A DNA stretch of 64,000 nucleotides, from NCBI GenBank assembly GCA_963750165.1, contig CAVVPN010000004.1:1152001-1216000 (forward strand), written 5' to 3'. Of this stretch, positions 22,016 to 32,529 are shown piece after piece. The notes below the pieces were generated by a model, which was not told where the DNA came from, searched no databases, and saw nothing but the letters and a program-made list of their open reading frames with translations. This stretch comes from an uncultured Gemmataceae bacterium. GTDB lineage: Bacteria; Planctomycetota; Planctomycetia; Gemmatales; Gemmataceae. Numbering within the stretch: the first letter of the stretch is position 1; each line of letters opens with the position of its first letter. The position numbers and the translations under genes are program-made.

Positions 22016-22554
22016 CATGGAGTTCACGTGCTGGAGGCGCGCTTGACCGACTGGCAATTTGCAACGACAGAAGGGCGCGCCTCCAGTCATGTGCAACGCA
22101 GGGTTCGGCTTGGCGGCCGCAGCAACGTGAGACTCCATGTTCCAAGTGGCTAGCCGGTTGCCCTTTGACGAACCGGAGGTGGGCTGGCGGCAACCACGAT
22201 CCAGTGCCCACCCGCTAGCGTCGGGGGCGCGCGGCCTGCGCGTAACGCCAGGCCCGAGACTGACAACCATCGGCCGGGGCGCGCCGGTCAGGCCGGGACA
22301 GCTGGGACGAGGCGGGCGACGGCTGGGTGCCGCTGGCGCCTGCTATCCTGGATTCGGACGACAACGCGCGGGGCGACGGCCTGGGGTGCAGCCTCGGTCG
22401 CTGCGGACGCAAGGCACCCCGACGCTCTCGGACTGGACGCCACAGCCGGTGGACCTCGGTCGCCGCCGCTGCACCGCCGCGCGTCTATAGCCTCGCGGCC
22501 GCAATCGTCGTAAACCTATGGTACTACACAACTTATGACGCCAGCCAAGCCGAA
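22016..22554 (-). other. Apparently non-coding cassette, copy 1
   Basis: Identical to 23727-24265, with no RBS-led ORF. Its ends are complementary (GTTCGGCTTGGC / GCCAAGCCGAAC). Confidence 0.8.
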
Positions 22555-22703
22555 CGACAAAGCTCAGCAGCCGGGGCCGCTGAGGAAATATTGTACCGCG
22601 CGAAACCGTAATGCGGCCCCGGTCTGCTGAAGCGACTGGTTCGGCGGCTACTCGCAGACAACACAAACCGACAGCAACGCCGCGCCATGTTCCTCGTCCA
22701 CCC

Positions 22704-23027
22704 TCACGCCTCAGCGATGAACTCGATGCATACGGAACCGGCGTAGTGGCTGCGTTTCTCGATCAAAACTTCGCCGGTTTGGTCGCTGAACAGTTGCTCG
22801 GACGCTTGATTCGCCATTGTGCCGGTCACTCCCATGTATACCGTTGCATGTTCGATTATCCGCTTACCTTCGGGCGATGTCGGCTTCGGGATCCGTGGGG
22901 TGCCTCGTATTTGAAGGCAATACGTTCCATAGTACGGATAACCGTTCTTGCTACGCTGGACGATCGCGCTGACAAGGTTGTCCGCCGCTCGCTTCAGATT
23001 TTGCATGGAGAACCTACCAACGCCCAA
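22704..23027 (-). CDS. Hypothetical cassette protein
   Basis: Fills cassette. Confidence 0.6.
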   Translation of the reverse strand: MGVGRFSMQNLKRAADNLVSAIVQRSKNGYPYYGTYCLQIRGTPRIPKPTSPEGKRIIEHATVYMGVTGTMANQASEQLFSDQTGEVLIEKRSHYAGSVCIEFIAEA

Positions 23028-23423
23028 TCACCAAGCCGCCGAACGACTTTGCTCAGTGGCCCCGCCGGAAACATCCGACGCGAATCGAGCAAGCCACTGA
23101 GCGCCGTAATCGATCAAGCTGGCGGGGTCCACTGCAGCATCTGGTTCGGCTCGCCTTGCCGAAGAACCAGCCACCTCACGCGCCAGTGCCAAGCATGACC
23201 GCGACGGCACGTCTCTGACAGTGCGGCAGTGTCAACGCATTGTCACTGAGCCGACTCTTCCGCTGCGAACGCCCGGAACCTTCCAAGCCGAACGACAAGC
23301 TCGCCTGCCGGCGGGCGGGAGAGCCGCGGACATTGTAGGGCCGTCAAGCCCGCCGGTCAGGTGTAGCAACTGGTTCGGCCGCCTCTGCCGTCGGCTCGCT
23401 CTCGCGGCCATCTCCCAGCCGGG

Positions 23424-23705
23424 TCACGACCGGCGGAACGACTGGAGGAGAATGCGCAGCAGCCGGTCGTGTTGGGCGTCTTTGCCCTTCTTTGTCGTGC
23501 CGATCTTACCCGACACCTTGCGCCCGGTCGGCCGGTGGGTCACCGACATCCAGACGATCCGCTGGTGTGCAATGAACGCCAGGCCGAACCCGGATTGCAC
23601 CTCGAATTCGTGAGCGTTCAGCCCGAACTCGGCGAACACGTCCGGCCCGGCCGGCGGCACCCCGGTCGGTGACCTTGCTCGCCTCCTTGGCTGCCGATCC
23701 CCCAT
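23424..23705 (-). CDS. Hypothetical cassette protein
   Basis: GGAGG RBS after the boundary; 93 aa. Confidence 0.6.
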   Translation of the reverse strand: MGDRQPRRRARSPTGVPPAGPDVFAEFGLNAHEFEVQSGFGLAFIAHQRIVWMSVTHRPTGRKVSGKIGTTKKGKDAQHDRLLRILLQSFRRS

Positions 23706-23726
23706 CGGAAGCCTCCCCTAGCCGAA

Positions 23727-24265
23727 CATGGAGTTCACGTGCTGGAGGCGCGCTTGACCGACTGGCAATTTGCAACGACAGAAGGGCGCGCCTCCAGTCA
23801 TGTGCAACGCAGGGTTCGGCTTGGCGGCCGCAGCAACGTGAGACTCCATGTTCCAAGTGGCTAGCCGGTTGCCCTTTGACGAACCGGAGGTGGGCTGGCG
23901 GCAACCACGATCCAGTGCCCACCCGCTAGCGTCGGGGGCGCGCGGCCTGCGCGTAACGCCAGGCCCGAGACTGACAACCATCGGCCGGGGCGCGCCGGTC
24001 AGGCCGGGACAGCTGGGACGAGGCGGGCGACGGCTGGGTGCCGCTGGCGCCTGCTATCCTGGATTCGGACGACAACGCGCGGGGCGACGGCCTGGGGTGC
24101 AGCCTCGGTCGCTGCGGACGCAAGGCACCCCGACGCTCTCGGACTGGACGCCACAGCCGGTGGACCTCGGTCGCCGCCGCTGCACCGCCGCGCGTCTATA
24201 GCCTCGCGGCCGCAATCGTCGTAAACCTATGGTACTACACAACTTATGACGCCAGCCAAGCCGAA
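23727..24265 (-). other. Apparently non-coding cassette, copy 2
   Basis: Identical to 22016-22554 (offset 1711). Confidence 0.8.
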
Positions 24266-24451
24266 CTACCAAGTTCACGTGCGGGCCACTTGACGTAAAC
24301 GATTCGCTGCAACCGTAGTTGGCCCGTCATGTGCAACGACTGGTTCGAGAAAGTTCTCTCTCGACTTCGACCCTTCTGTCTGCCGCGCTGGAAGCGCTCC
24401 AGCCGGACAACTCGAAGTCCTCAAACCCAGCCGCAGGTTGCTCGGCCCACT

Positions 24452-25051
24452 TCATTGATTACTTCGCAGAGCCAACTCTGCCGCCGCCATTTCCGCGGCT
24501 TGACGCCAATTCCCGACAGTTGCATCAACAATGGCCTCTGGGTGCCGTCCCGTATACTCAATGAACCACGAAAGCATACCATCCCACTCCGAGATGTTGC
24601 CGGGACTGACGAGTTGCCAGCCAAGTTCCTCAATGGTCCAGTTCGATTTCGCGCTGTTACGTGCCCAAGATGTCGTCACCCAGTTCGTCTGGTCATCGGC
24701 GCCTCCTCGCGTAACCGGGACCACGTGATCCAGCGTAGTGCTCAATTCCCAGTATGCGGGATGCGTCTGATCCGTCTTCCAATTGGGATGGTACGGAAAT
24801 GCCTCCGGGAGTGCGAATGACAGCACTCGAAAGACCGGCGTGTAGACCAGCCGCGCTCCGGAGTAGCGGTCGATAAACCCATCACGTATGAATACCCGGG
24901 TGTAGTCGATCATGCTGAAGCGGCGTGGCGTGGCCTTCACTGGGGCAAACGGGTAATCCCGTCGGATGATGGCTTCGGCAGCGGCTCTACCTTCGTCCAT
25001 CAGAGCCCGGCAAACAGCGGTGAGCGCCGAACTCTTGTCGTGAAGTTTCAT
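24452..25051 (-). CDS. HNH endonuclease
   Basis: FIRDGFIDRYSG...TLDHVVPVTRGGADDQTNWVTTSWARNSAKSN. Confidence 0.88.
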   Translation of the reverse strand: MKLHDKSSALTAVCRALMDEGRAAAEAIIRRDYPFAPVKATPRRFSMIDYTRVFIRDGFIDRYSGARLVYTPVFRVLSFALPEAFPYHPNWKTDQTHPAYWELSTTLDHVVPVTRGGADDQTNWVTTSWARNSAKSNWTIEELGWQLVSPGNISEWDGMLSWFIEYTGRHPEAIVDATVGNWRQAAEMAAAELALRSNQ

Positions 25052-25193
25052 AGTCGCCCTCCGCGCGCTCGAACGCAACAGCTCTGCGGCTTTCGGGGGC
25101 CGAGCTGCCGCTGAAGTTTGACTGACGGAATGGCCCCCGAAAGTCCGCAGCAGCGTTTTGTTCGGTGTTCTTCTGCTTGGCGACCTACCGGAC

Positions 25194-25763
25194 CTACTTT
25201 GGCGGGCCTTTTCGTTGTGGACCGGAACGAGTTTCAATGATCTCGCGAAGCAGCTCGGCTTGGGCGGCGCGCTCGCGGGTTCTGGTTCCCGGGACTTCGT
25301 CGCTGCTGCGGGCGACCGCCTCAGCCGCGAACCGGGAGGCGATATCTGCATGGGTCCGGTCGGAGAGGCACCGAACCGCAAAGGCTGCCGCCTGGGCTGC
25401 ATTGTATGCGGGGTCGTGGGCGGCCATCATCTCGAAGGGATCAGGCCCTGACCGCATTATTCGTATTTGCCGCGCGAACTCCTGCTCCCCGAGAATGGGA
25501 ACGCAAACGGCTACCACAGCCTGCGCTACCGCAGCATCCGCCTCGCGGATGGCGTGTTCAATCTCCTCGCGCCTGGCTCCCCCCTGGACAGCACCACGCA
25601 ACAGCTCCACGGCACGCATGCTTCTCGGGTCCTGCATCAGCCGCCGGATGCGGTCGCAACAAGCACATGCAAAGAGGCAGAGGTCGGAGGAGCCGGCATT
25701 CTCAGGCAGGGAGCGCAGCATCGGGGTCGGATCAATTGCAACCCTCCACTCCACCTCAGTCAT
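25194..25763 (-). CDS. Gemmataceae-type family protein lacking the C-terminal HVRGCW motif
   Basis: MTEVEW..DP..ML, LFACACCDRI and ERAAQAELLREI motifs. Confidence 0.75.
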   Translation of the reverse strand: MTEVEWRVAIDPTPMLRSLPENAGSSDLCLFACACCDRIRRLMQDPRSMRAVELLRGAVQGGARREEIEHAIREADAAVAQAVVAVCVPILGEQEFARQIRIMRSGPDPFEMMAAHDPAYNAAQAAAFAVRCLSDRTHADIASRFAAEAVARSSDEVPGTRTRERAAQAELLREIIETRSGPQRKGPPK

Positions 25764-25874
25764 GGATCACCTCGGCACACCGAACTACCCAGTTCACGTG
25801 CGGGCCACTCGACGTAAACGATTCGCTGCAACCGTAGTCGGCCCGTCACGTGCAACACCTGGTTCGGACTGAGT

Positions 25875-26627
25875 TTACTCTTTTCCGAGCAACAAATCCA
25901 CTATCCAGCAGCCGCGGACGTGAGGCCCTGAGCCGCGACAGTGGGCAAGCATTTCGGCATTTGCACACCCCGCCTCCTCCAGCGCGTCAGCCAAGATCGG
26001 GAGTAGGCCGAACCCCCGCTCCTCGTAGATTCTCTCGGCCATCGCGACCACCGTGGGCGTACGCCAACCCGGATCGAAGTTCGGCGGGCGGAACGGGTTG
26101 CCGAAGATGTCGTGCAACATTAGTAACTGCTGGCCTATCTCGTCGTCCGAACCGGGAACGCCCGCCGCGACAGCGACCATCTCCGCGGCCCAACCCCCGA
26201 CCAGGTATCTGACTCTGGCCCCCAGTTGTTCGGGCTGGGCGAGCTTCGCTGCCAGTTCCAGACCGGCGTTCGTCAGCGGGTCGGGCGGTGGGCGAGGCAG
26301 GAAGTCGGGAGGTGGGCCATATTGGTCCATCTCCGCTGAAAGCTCGTAGAGTGTCGGCAGGGGGGTGACCGCAAGCGGGCCACCTGCCGCGTCGGCCGCG
26401 GCCTCGGCGAGATCAACCGTGCGGCGGCACAGGTTGCTGGGCAGCAGGTGGGCGACGCGGCGGGCGCACGCGACCTCGAACAGATAGACCTTGCGGTCCG
26501 TGAGCCAGGCGCAGCCATCGAGCACAAGACCTTGCAGACCACTGCCAAGGGCGTACGAATCCTTGCAGGTGAGCCACACCTCCTCGGTGAACCACTCAGC
26601 GTAACGGCGCGGCCTTTTCCTCGCCAT
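25875..26627 (-). CDS. Gemmataceae-type expanded-family protein
   Basis: LPILADALEEAGCANAEMLAHCRGSGPHVRGCWIVDLLLGKE. Confidence 0.85.
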   Translation of the reverse strand: MARKRPRRYAEWFTEEVWLTCKDSYALGSGLQGLVLDGCAWLTDRKVYLFEVACARRVAHLLPSNLCRRTVDLAEAAADAAGGPLAVTPLPTLYELSAEMDQYGPPPDFLPRPPPDPLTNAGLELAAKLAQPEQLGARVRYLVGGWAAEMVAVAAGVPGSDDEIGQQLLMLHDIFGNPFRPPNFDPGWRTPTVVAMAERIYEERGFGLLPILADALEEAGCANAEMLAHCRGSGPHVRGCWIVDLLLGKE

Positions 26628-26844
26628 CCGATACGCCCTCCGCGTGTCCGAACACCCCAGCTCACGTGCGGGCCACTCGACTCAAGTTCTTACTACAGCC
26701 TCAGTTGGCCCGTCATGTGCAGCGGCTGGTTCGAGCTGGTCCTCTCTTACTTTCGACCCTTCTTCCCTCACACCGCTGGAGCCTGCAAGGGCACTCCCGC
26801 GCCTCCGCCAAGGTGACTCACCCGCCGCGGGTCGCTCCCCTTAT

Positions 26845-27318
26845 CTACTCGTCGCCTGGATCACCCGGCGACGCCGAACGCTCTTTCTCGCCTCGCGCCG
26901 CGAAAACCAGCGCCCTGGCGCCCCCGGCTAGCAACGCCTTGAAGTAGCTGGCCGTACTCAATTCCGGGCAACCCAGCACCGCCTGGCAGAACTCCTGCGG
27001 CGGGGCGTAGCCGTGCGCGTTCATGTAGTGGGCGACCAGCTCCGGGCAGACGTACACGACCCCGTCGCCGGGGAGGAACAGGTTCCTCCGGCCGCTGCGC
27101 CCGGGCTCGTAATGGCACAACTGGCAGCCGTGGGTGCCGAGGAGCAGGAACGGCTCCCAGGGTGACTGTAGCAACTCCACCAGCCGGCGGTAGATGAGGA
27201 CGTCAACCGGCCCCGTGGCGAAGGCGTGCCCGCGCTCCAGCCAGCCGACCGCACGCAGGAAGCTGGCGAACTCCTGCCCGAAATACGTACATGGGGACAG
27301 GTCGGCGAACCACGCCAT
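26845..27318 (-). CDS. Conserved hypothetical protein with HxCxxC motif
   Basis: AVGWLE, GTHGCQLC and PELVAHYMNAHGYAPP motifs; RBS present. Confidence 0.75.
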   Translation of the reverse strand: MAWFADLSPCTYFGQEFASFLRAVGWLERGHAFATGPVDVLIYRRLVELLQSPWEPFLLLGTHGCQLCHYEPGRSGRRNLFLPGDGVVYVCPELVAHYMNAHGYAPPQEFCQAVLGCPELSTASYFKALLAGGARALVFAARGEKERSASPGDPGDE

Positions 27319-27388
27319 AGCCCCTCCGGCGCGATCGAACGGACCAGTTCACCTGCTGCGGCGGCAGGCGAGACGTCGAACCCTGATT

Positions 27389-27814
27389 TCACGTAGTGCC
27401 GCCGCAGTCAGGTGCAACATTTGGTTCGGCGATATCGCAAGTTCCGACAGGCCGCAATTTTCTGATGTCCGGAAGCAATGTCGCGTCACCCAGGCCATCT
27501 TGCGACCAAACTTCCAACCCGGCAAGCAGACCGCTGCGCTCGAACACAAATACCCCAAATAGCTCACCGCCAGCGGCCCGCCATTCGTAGTCGGCCAAAA
27601 TGCTGATGGCATTTCCGCGAGCGGGAACAACACCTTCGATCGCGAAGTCGATGCTGGCACAACCGCAGTAGCAGCGGGAGGCGATGCGTGCTTGATCAAG
27701 CTGGGGCAGGTAACGCGACGCCTGCGCACTGCCATGCTGCAACAACCATCGTACGAGTGTCACTTCGGCAACAGTCAGCGGCCGGTCCTCCGGAATTGCT
27801 GTCGTAGTCGTCAT
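27389..27814 (-). CDS. Hypothetical cassette protein
   Basis: CYCGCASIDF motif; reads into its attC. Confidence 0.7.
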   Translation of the reverse strand: MTTTTAIPEDRPLTVAEVTLVRWLLQHGSAQASRYLPQLDQARIASRCYCGCASIDFAIEGVVPARGNAISILADYEWRAAGGELFGVFVFERSGLLAGLEVWSQDGLGDATLLPDIRKLRPVGTCDIAEPNVAPDCGGTT

Positions 27815-27901
27815 GCACCCTCGCCGCCGAACGACTCAGCTCCCACGAAAATGTATTTCTGGGACTGTGTCCACCGAGGGGACCGTCGTGGGTGGTCCTG
27901 C

Positions 27902-29149
27902 TCAGGCCGCCGGTTCCGCCACGGTCACCTCATAGCCCATTCTCTGCAGCCGCCGCACCAGCCTCTCCTTCAGCCGGTCCTTGTCTGCCGTCCGGTAATA
28001 GTCCGGCCCCTCTTCCTGGTACGGCCGGCGCTTGCTCAGTAGTGTGTAGGCCATCCGCAAGATCCGGTGCCCCACCGCCAGGCAGGCCCGCTTGTCCCCG
28101 CGGCGTGCCTTGATCCGATGGTACGTCGCCCGCAGACTGCTCTCCTTGGTGTTCGCCGCTCCCCGCGCCGCCTCCACCAGCGCCTGCCGCAGCCAGCGGT
28201 TGCCCTTGCGCGTCTTGCCGCTCTTCTGCTTGCCAGCGCTCTCGTGGTTGCCTGGACACATCCCCGCCCACGACGCCAACTGCCCCTCCGATTGAAAGCG
28301 GCTCATGTCCAGGCCGACCTCCGCCACGATCACCTGCGCCGTCCGCTGGTTCACCCCGGGAATCTGGTCCAACAGCGCTAGCGCCTGCGCGAACGGGAGG
28401 CACACCTCGGCGATCTTCGCATCCAAGCGGACGATGGCGTCGTCCAGGTCGCTCACCTTCTGTAATTGCTCCCGCAGCAACCAGCGCTGCGTCGCGCTCA
28501 TCACCCCGCGCAGCGCTTCCTCCAATTCCGGGATCTTCGCACGCAGCTGGCCCCGCGCCAGGTTGGCCAGTACGGCGGGGCTGTCCACGCCCTCGGCCAG
28601 GCTGCGTAACATGTCTCGGCCACTGGCTCCCAGTACGTCGCTGGCCACGCCGGCCAACTTGATGTTGCAGTTCTCCAGCAACTTCTGGATACGGTTGCTC
28701 TCGTCGGCGCGCTGGCGGATCACTTGCGTGCGGTAGCGCGTCAAGTCCCGCAGTTCCCGGATTTCCTTGGGGGGCACGAAACTACTGCGCAACAGGCCCA
28801 CACGCAACAGGGTGGCGAGCCACTCGGCATCCTTGACATCGGTCTTGCGTCCGGGCACGTTCTTGACGTGCTGGGCGTTGACCAGGACGACCTCAATGCC
28901 GGCCTGCTCCAGGATGTTGAACACCGGCTTCCAATACACGCCGGTGCTCTCGATGGCCACGTGCCGACAGTCCGCCTGCACCAACCACTGCGCCAACTCC
29001 TGCAAGGCGCTGGTCATGGTCCGAAAGACCCGGCGCTCGACGAGCGCATCGCCCGAGGCACCCGACTTCAAGAGGCAGGCGGTCAGGGTCTTCTTGTGGA
29101 CATCAATGCCGCAGCAAATGGTCAGCACGACAGGGAGCAGCGCGTCCAT
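27902..29149 (-). CDS. IS110-family DEDD recombinase/transposase
   Basis: GIDVHKK, IESTGVYW, KTDVKDA and GNHESAGK motifs; GGAG RBS before ATG 29149. Confidence 0.95.
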   Translation of the reverse strand: MDALLPVVLTICCGIDVHKKTLTACLLKSGASGDALVERRVFRTMTSALQELAQWLVQADCRHVAIESTGVYWKPVFNILEQAGIEVVLVNAQHVKNVPGRKTDVKDAEWLATLLRVGLLRSSFVPPKEIRELRDLTRYRTQVIRQRADESNRIQKLLENCNIKLAGVASDVLGASGRDMLRSLAEGVDSPAVLANLARGQLRAKIPELEEALRGVMSATQRWLLREQLQKVSDLDDAIVRLDAKIAEVCLPFAQALALLDQIPGVNQRTAQVIVAEVGLDMSRFQSEGQLASWAGMCPGNHESAGKQKSGKTRKGNRWLRQALVEAARGAANTKESSLRATYHRIKARRGDKRACLAVGHRILRMAYTLLSKRRPYQEEGPDYYRTADKDRLKERLVRRLQRMGYEVTVAEPAA

Positions 29150-29160
29150 CGGAGTTCTCC

Positions 29161-29325
29161 AGACGCCCAGGGAGCATGCAGACGCCGGCGGTGGTGGAGT
29201 CTCCCACACGGGCATATGGGCGCTGCGCCCAAATCAGGGTGCCTCGCGGCGTCCGGGTCCAACTCTGCGTCGGGCACGATGCACCAGCTAAGTCACGACC
29301 ACAGCACGTCCCCAGACGCCCTCTA
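29161..29325 (-). ncRNA. Predicted bridge RNA of the IS110 element
   Basis: Outer stem GGGCGUCUGGGGA/UCCCUGGGCGUCU. An internal loop carries GACUUAGCU (29286-29294) and CGCAGAG (29263-29269), matching both halves of the attC insertion site. Boundaries approximate. Confidence 0.8.
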
Positions 29326-29719
29326 TCCTAGCTCGCCTCCTTTTCATCGATCAGGGGGAAATTGGTTTCATGGAGAACTCTGCGGCGGGCCACTCGGCTC
29401 AATGCTATCCGATTGACCTCATATGGCCCGTCCGCAGCAGCACCTGGTTCGGTTTGTTTTTTCTCTTGGCCTCAATCTCTCTTTGCTGGACGCCGTCTGC
29501 GTTTCAGACTCCAACTCCGCTTCGGCCAGCGCTGACTCCAGTCTGACCTGCTGCTCCCCCAGAACCCAACCACTCACCGCCGCCCAACCTCTGAATCGCC
29601 AACTTGCTCACAACCCGGCACCCCTCCGGGCACGAACCCCAACGCTCCCCGAATGCGCCAAGCCAGCGCTGCCGCACGGGAGCACCCCTCACCCTGCCGA
29701 AGCGCCACCGCGGCCGGGG

Positions 29720-29983
29720 TCAGCTGCACTTGATGGTTCGGCCCGCCTTCCGTTGGGCCGCCTTGTGCTCCTGCGCACGCTCCTTTCGTTCGGCCAGGTC
29801 TCGGAGCCGTTTGGCACGCCGCCGCAGCCACCGCGGATCGTCGGCGGGGTCGGAGTAACCGGAGCGGCGATCCAATCGGTCAGCCCAGGCGTGCAATTCC
29901 TCGGCGGGGTGCGCGTCCATTCCCGCAAACCCACCGAACCGAGGTCGGAGAACGACGATCCGTCCCCGAAACAGTTTCGCCAT
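29720..29983 (-). CDS. Small hypothetical cassette protein
   Basis: AGGAGG RBS; ends in a half-attC-like segment at 29710-29742. Confidence 0.55.
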   Translation of the reverse strand: MAKLFRGRIVVLRPRFGGFAGMDAHPAEELHAWADRLDRRSGYSDPADDPRWLRRRAKRLRDLAERKERAQEHKAAQRKAGRTIKCS

Positions 29984-30132
29984 TGCATGCCCCTCCTGTG
30001 CATCCGAACGATAAGGATAAGCTGCCGGGGCCGCCTGCAATACCTAGATACCGCGCGAAACCAGGATGGCGGCCCCGGTCAGCTTCATCCGTTGGTTCGC
30101 CGACGGCCCTCTCGCACCCGCCGCCGCGCCGC

Positions 30133-30531
30133 TCATTTTCGCTTCTTCAAGGATGCGCAATAGCTGTCATACGCGGTTCGAACATCAGAATCCGACAAAG
30201 TCACCGTTGCCGACTGGAGGGGCTCAGTGCCCGTTTTTTTGAGCCATTTCAGACACTTGTCAACATTGCTAAACAAGCCACCCTTCCCCCCAAGAGCCTT
30301 CCTTACTGCGCGCGACCGATTACGAGCCAAAAGATATCGGTCATTCTTCACTTGGACGATGCCACAGTCAACGAGCCTGGAGAACGCCCGCGATAGCTCT
30401 CCGGCCGTTGGGATCGCATGGTTGATCACGTCGGCGGCACCAATGATCTCGGCGAGCGTCGCCCCGCCCCTTTTGTGCATGAGCGACGTGGCCGTTAGGA
30501 TCCAGGCATCATTCCAGGCCCATTGCGACAT
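30133..30531 (-). CDS. Hypothetical cassette protein (intact copy)
   Basis: Fills cassette; duplicated at 14629-16541. Confidence 0.75.
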   Translation of the reverse strand: MSQWAWNDAWILTATSLMHKRGGATLAEIIGAADVINHAIPTAGELSRAFSRLVDCGIVQVKNDRYLLARNRSRAVRKALGGKGGLFSNVDKCLKWLKKTGTEPLQSATVTLSDSDVRTAYDSYCASLKKRK

Positions 30532-31009
30532 AGTTTGTTTAGTTGGCGAACGACAAAGTTCACGTGCGGGCCGCTCGACTTAATGTGTCCGTGTGGACTC
30601 AGTTGGCCCGTCACGTGCAACGCCTGGTTCGGAAATGTTTTCTCCCGGCTTTATCTCTTATTTCGTGGAGCTAATTCAAGCTGCGTCCTCTTTTCCGTTT
30701 CAACTGAGCGGCATGAGGATCCCTTTCTTTATTTCGTTCCACGTTTAGTTTTTGCTTCTTCAAGGAGGTATTCTGCTTCAAGGCGATCCGAGGTGGCCAA
30801 AAAAAGCGCACGATCCGCCGCCAACCTCTTTGAATGTAATTTCTTGACCAATCCCTCAAATTCAGTCATGCGGTTGAGGTGCCCCTTGTAGGCTTCTTGC
30901 TCCTTTTGAGGCGAATCCGCAAGAACAAGCTGCGCTTTCAACATCCTCTCGGAAAGATTGTAAAGTCCTTCTCCCGCGCTTCTCGCATCCTTCACCTCAC
31001 GGTACATAG

Positions 31010-32529
31010 CTGAACTGTCGCACGCTTCCATGAACAGACGAACACCGATAGTGTCACGGGGCTGTCGCAGAAAGAGAGAGGGGTTCCTCCTAAGTTTGTG
31101 CATAGGTTCTCAAGCCATGCACTCGCCGGAAGGAGCCCCTCATGTGGCTGATGATAGCTTCTCTCCAGCCCATCGTCCAAGCCCTCGCCCCGGCCTTCAC
31201 CCTGCCCTCGTTCCACACCCACTGCCAACTCGTGCTCGGCTGGGTGATGTGCCTGGGCCAGCACCGCCTCTGTCGCGTCGCCGACACCGCCCAACCCCAA
31301 GACTTGCGGGACCATTCCCGGCGCCACGGCCTGGACACCACCTACAACTTCTTTGCGCGCTCCGCCTGGACCGTGACCGGGTTGGCCTACCACGTCGCCG
31401 TCCTCATCCTGACGCGCCTCCACCTGGGCGGCACCATCACGCTGTTGGTGGACGACACCCTGGCCCACAAGCGCGGCAAGCACGTCTGGGGCCTCGGCTG
31501 GTTCCGCGATGCCGTCGCCTCGACCCGCAAACGCACCGCCACGGCCGCGGGGCACAACTGGGTGGTCGTCGCCGTCGCCGTCTGCCTGCCCTTCGCGAAC
31601 GCCCCGATCCTGGCGTTGCCCTTGCTGGCCCGGTTGCACCGGCCCGGCCAGGCGCAGCCGTCCTGCCCACTGCTGGCGCGCGCGCTGCTCGCCGAAGTGC
31701 TGGCCTGGTTCCCCGGCCGGCGCTTTACCCTGGTGGCCGACGGCGCTTACGCGGCCCAAGCGCTGCTGGCGGACCTGGACGAGCGCGTGACCTTCGTCGG
31801 CCGGTTGCGCGGCGACGCGGCCGTGTACGACCCGCGTCTGCCTCAGGCCAAGCCCGGCCGGCGCGGCCGCAAGGCGCAGAAGGGGCCGCGTCTGCCCAAC
31901 CCCAAAGCAGCCGCCGCCAAGGCCGACCGTAAGCGCGTGGCCACCGGGGACTGGGTGTGGCAGGCGGTGACGGTGACCGTCTACGGGGAGCAGCGCGTCC
32001 TGCGGGCGTTCGCCTACCGGGCGGTGTGGCCGCGGGTGTTGGGGTTGCGGCCGGTGCAGGTGGTGGTGGTGCGCGACCCGGACGGGAAGTTGGACGATGC
32101 CTACCTGTTCACGACCGACGTGCGTGCGGACGTGGGGTGGGTGATTACGCAGTTCGCCTGGCGCTGGTCCATTGAGGTACTGTTCCGGGCGAGCAAACAG
32201 GTGCTGGACCTCGAGGCGCCACAACACTACAGTCGGGAAGCGGTGGAGAAGGTGGCGCCGTGGGTGTGGTCGTTGCAGAGCGTCGTGATGGTGTGGTATC
32301 TTACCGCCGGTCGGCAGTTGCCGGAGGCGGAGGAATTGCGCCAAGTGATGGGACCCTGGGAGAGTGAATGGTCGTTGCGTCATATGGTTGCCGTGTTGCG
32401 GCGGGCGACTTTGAACGCCCTAATTAAACCCAAGTCGGCCGATGCAACGGAACTCCTGAAACTCATCGAAGCGCTGAAAAACTGCGTAAATCTCGCGGTT
32501 TGAGCACTCGGAAAAGTGCGACTGCCAAG
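31010..32529 (+). mobile_element. IS701-like insertion sequence, intact copy
   Basis: Imperfect IRs CTGAACTGTCGCAC / CTTGGCAGTCGCAC; TSD ATAG (31006-31009 / 32530-32533). Confidence 0.92.
31142..32503 (+). CDS. DDE transposase (IS701-like)
   Basis: LLVDDT, VADGAY and RWSIEVLFRASKQ motifs; 453 aa. Confidence 0.92.
   Translation: MWLMIASLQPIVQALAPAFTLPSFHTHCQLVLGWVMCLGQHRLCRVADTAQPQDLRDHSRRHGLDTTYNFFARSAWTVTGLAYHVAVLILTRLHLGGTITLLVDDTLAHKRGKHVWGLGWFRDAVASTRKRTATAAGHNWVVVAVAVCLPFANAPILALPLLARLHRPGQAQPSCPLLARALLAEVLAWFPGRRFTLVADGAYAAQALLADLDERVTFVGRLRGDAAVYDPRLPQAKPGRRGRKAQKGPRLPNPKAAAAKADRKRVATGDWVWQAVTVTVYGEQRVLRAFAYRAVWPRVLGLRPVQVVVVRDPDGKLDDAYLFTTDVRADVGWVITQFAWRWSIEVLFRASKQVLDLEAPQHYSREAVEKVAPWVWSLQSVVMVWYLTAGRQLPEAEELRQVMGPWESEWSLRHMVAVLRRATLNALIKPKSADATELLKLIEALKNCVNLAV

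Larger units (their letters stand above)
27842..29379 (-). mobile_element. IS110-family element inserted in attC, copy 1
   Basis: Removal restores CCGAACGACTCAG-CT-CTGCGGCGGGCC. Only CT(C) is shared at both junctions; there is no longer TSD. Confidence 0.95.

Noticed and set aside
29648..29742. Additional full attC
   Set aside because: Only the gene-proximal half (GGTCAGCTGCACTTGATGGTTCGGC) is recognisable and there is no matching arm, so it was not counted.
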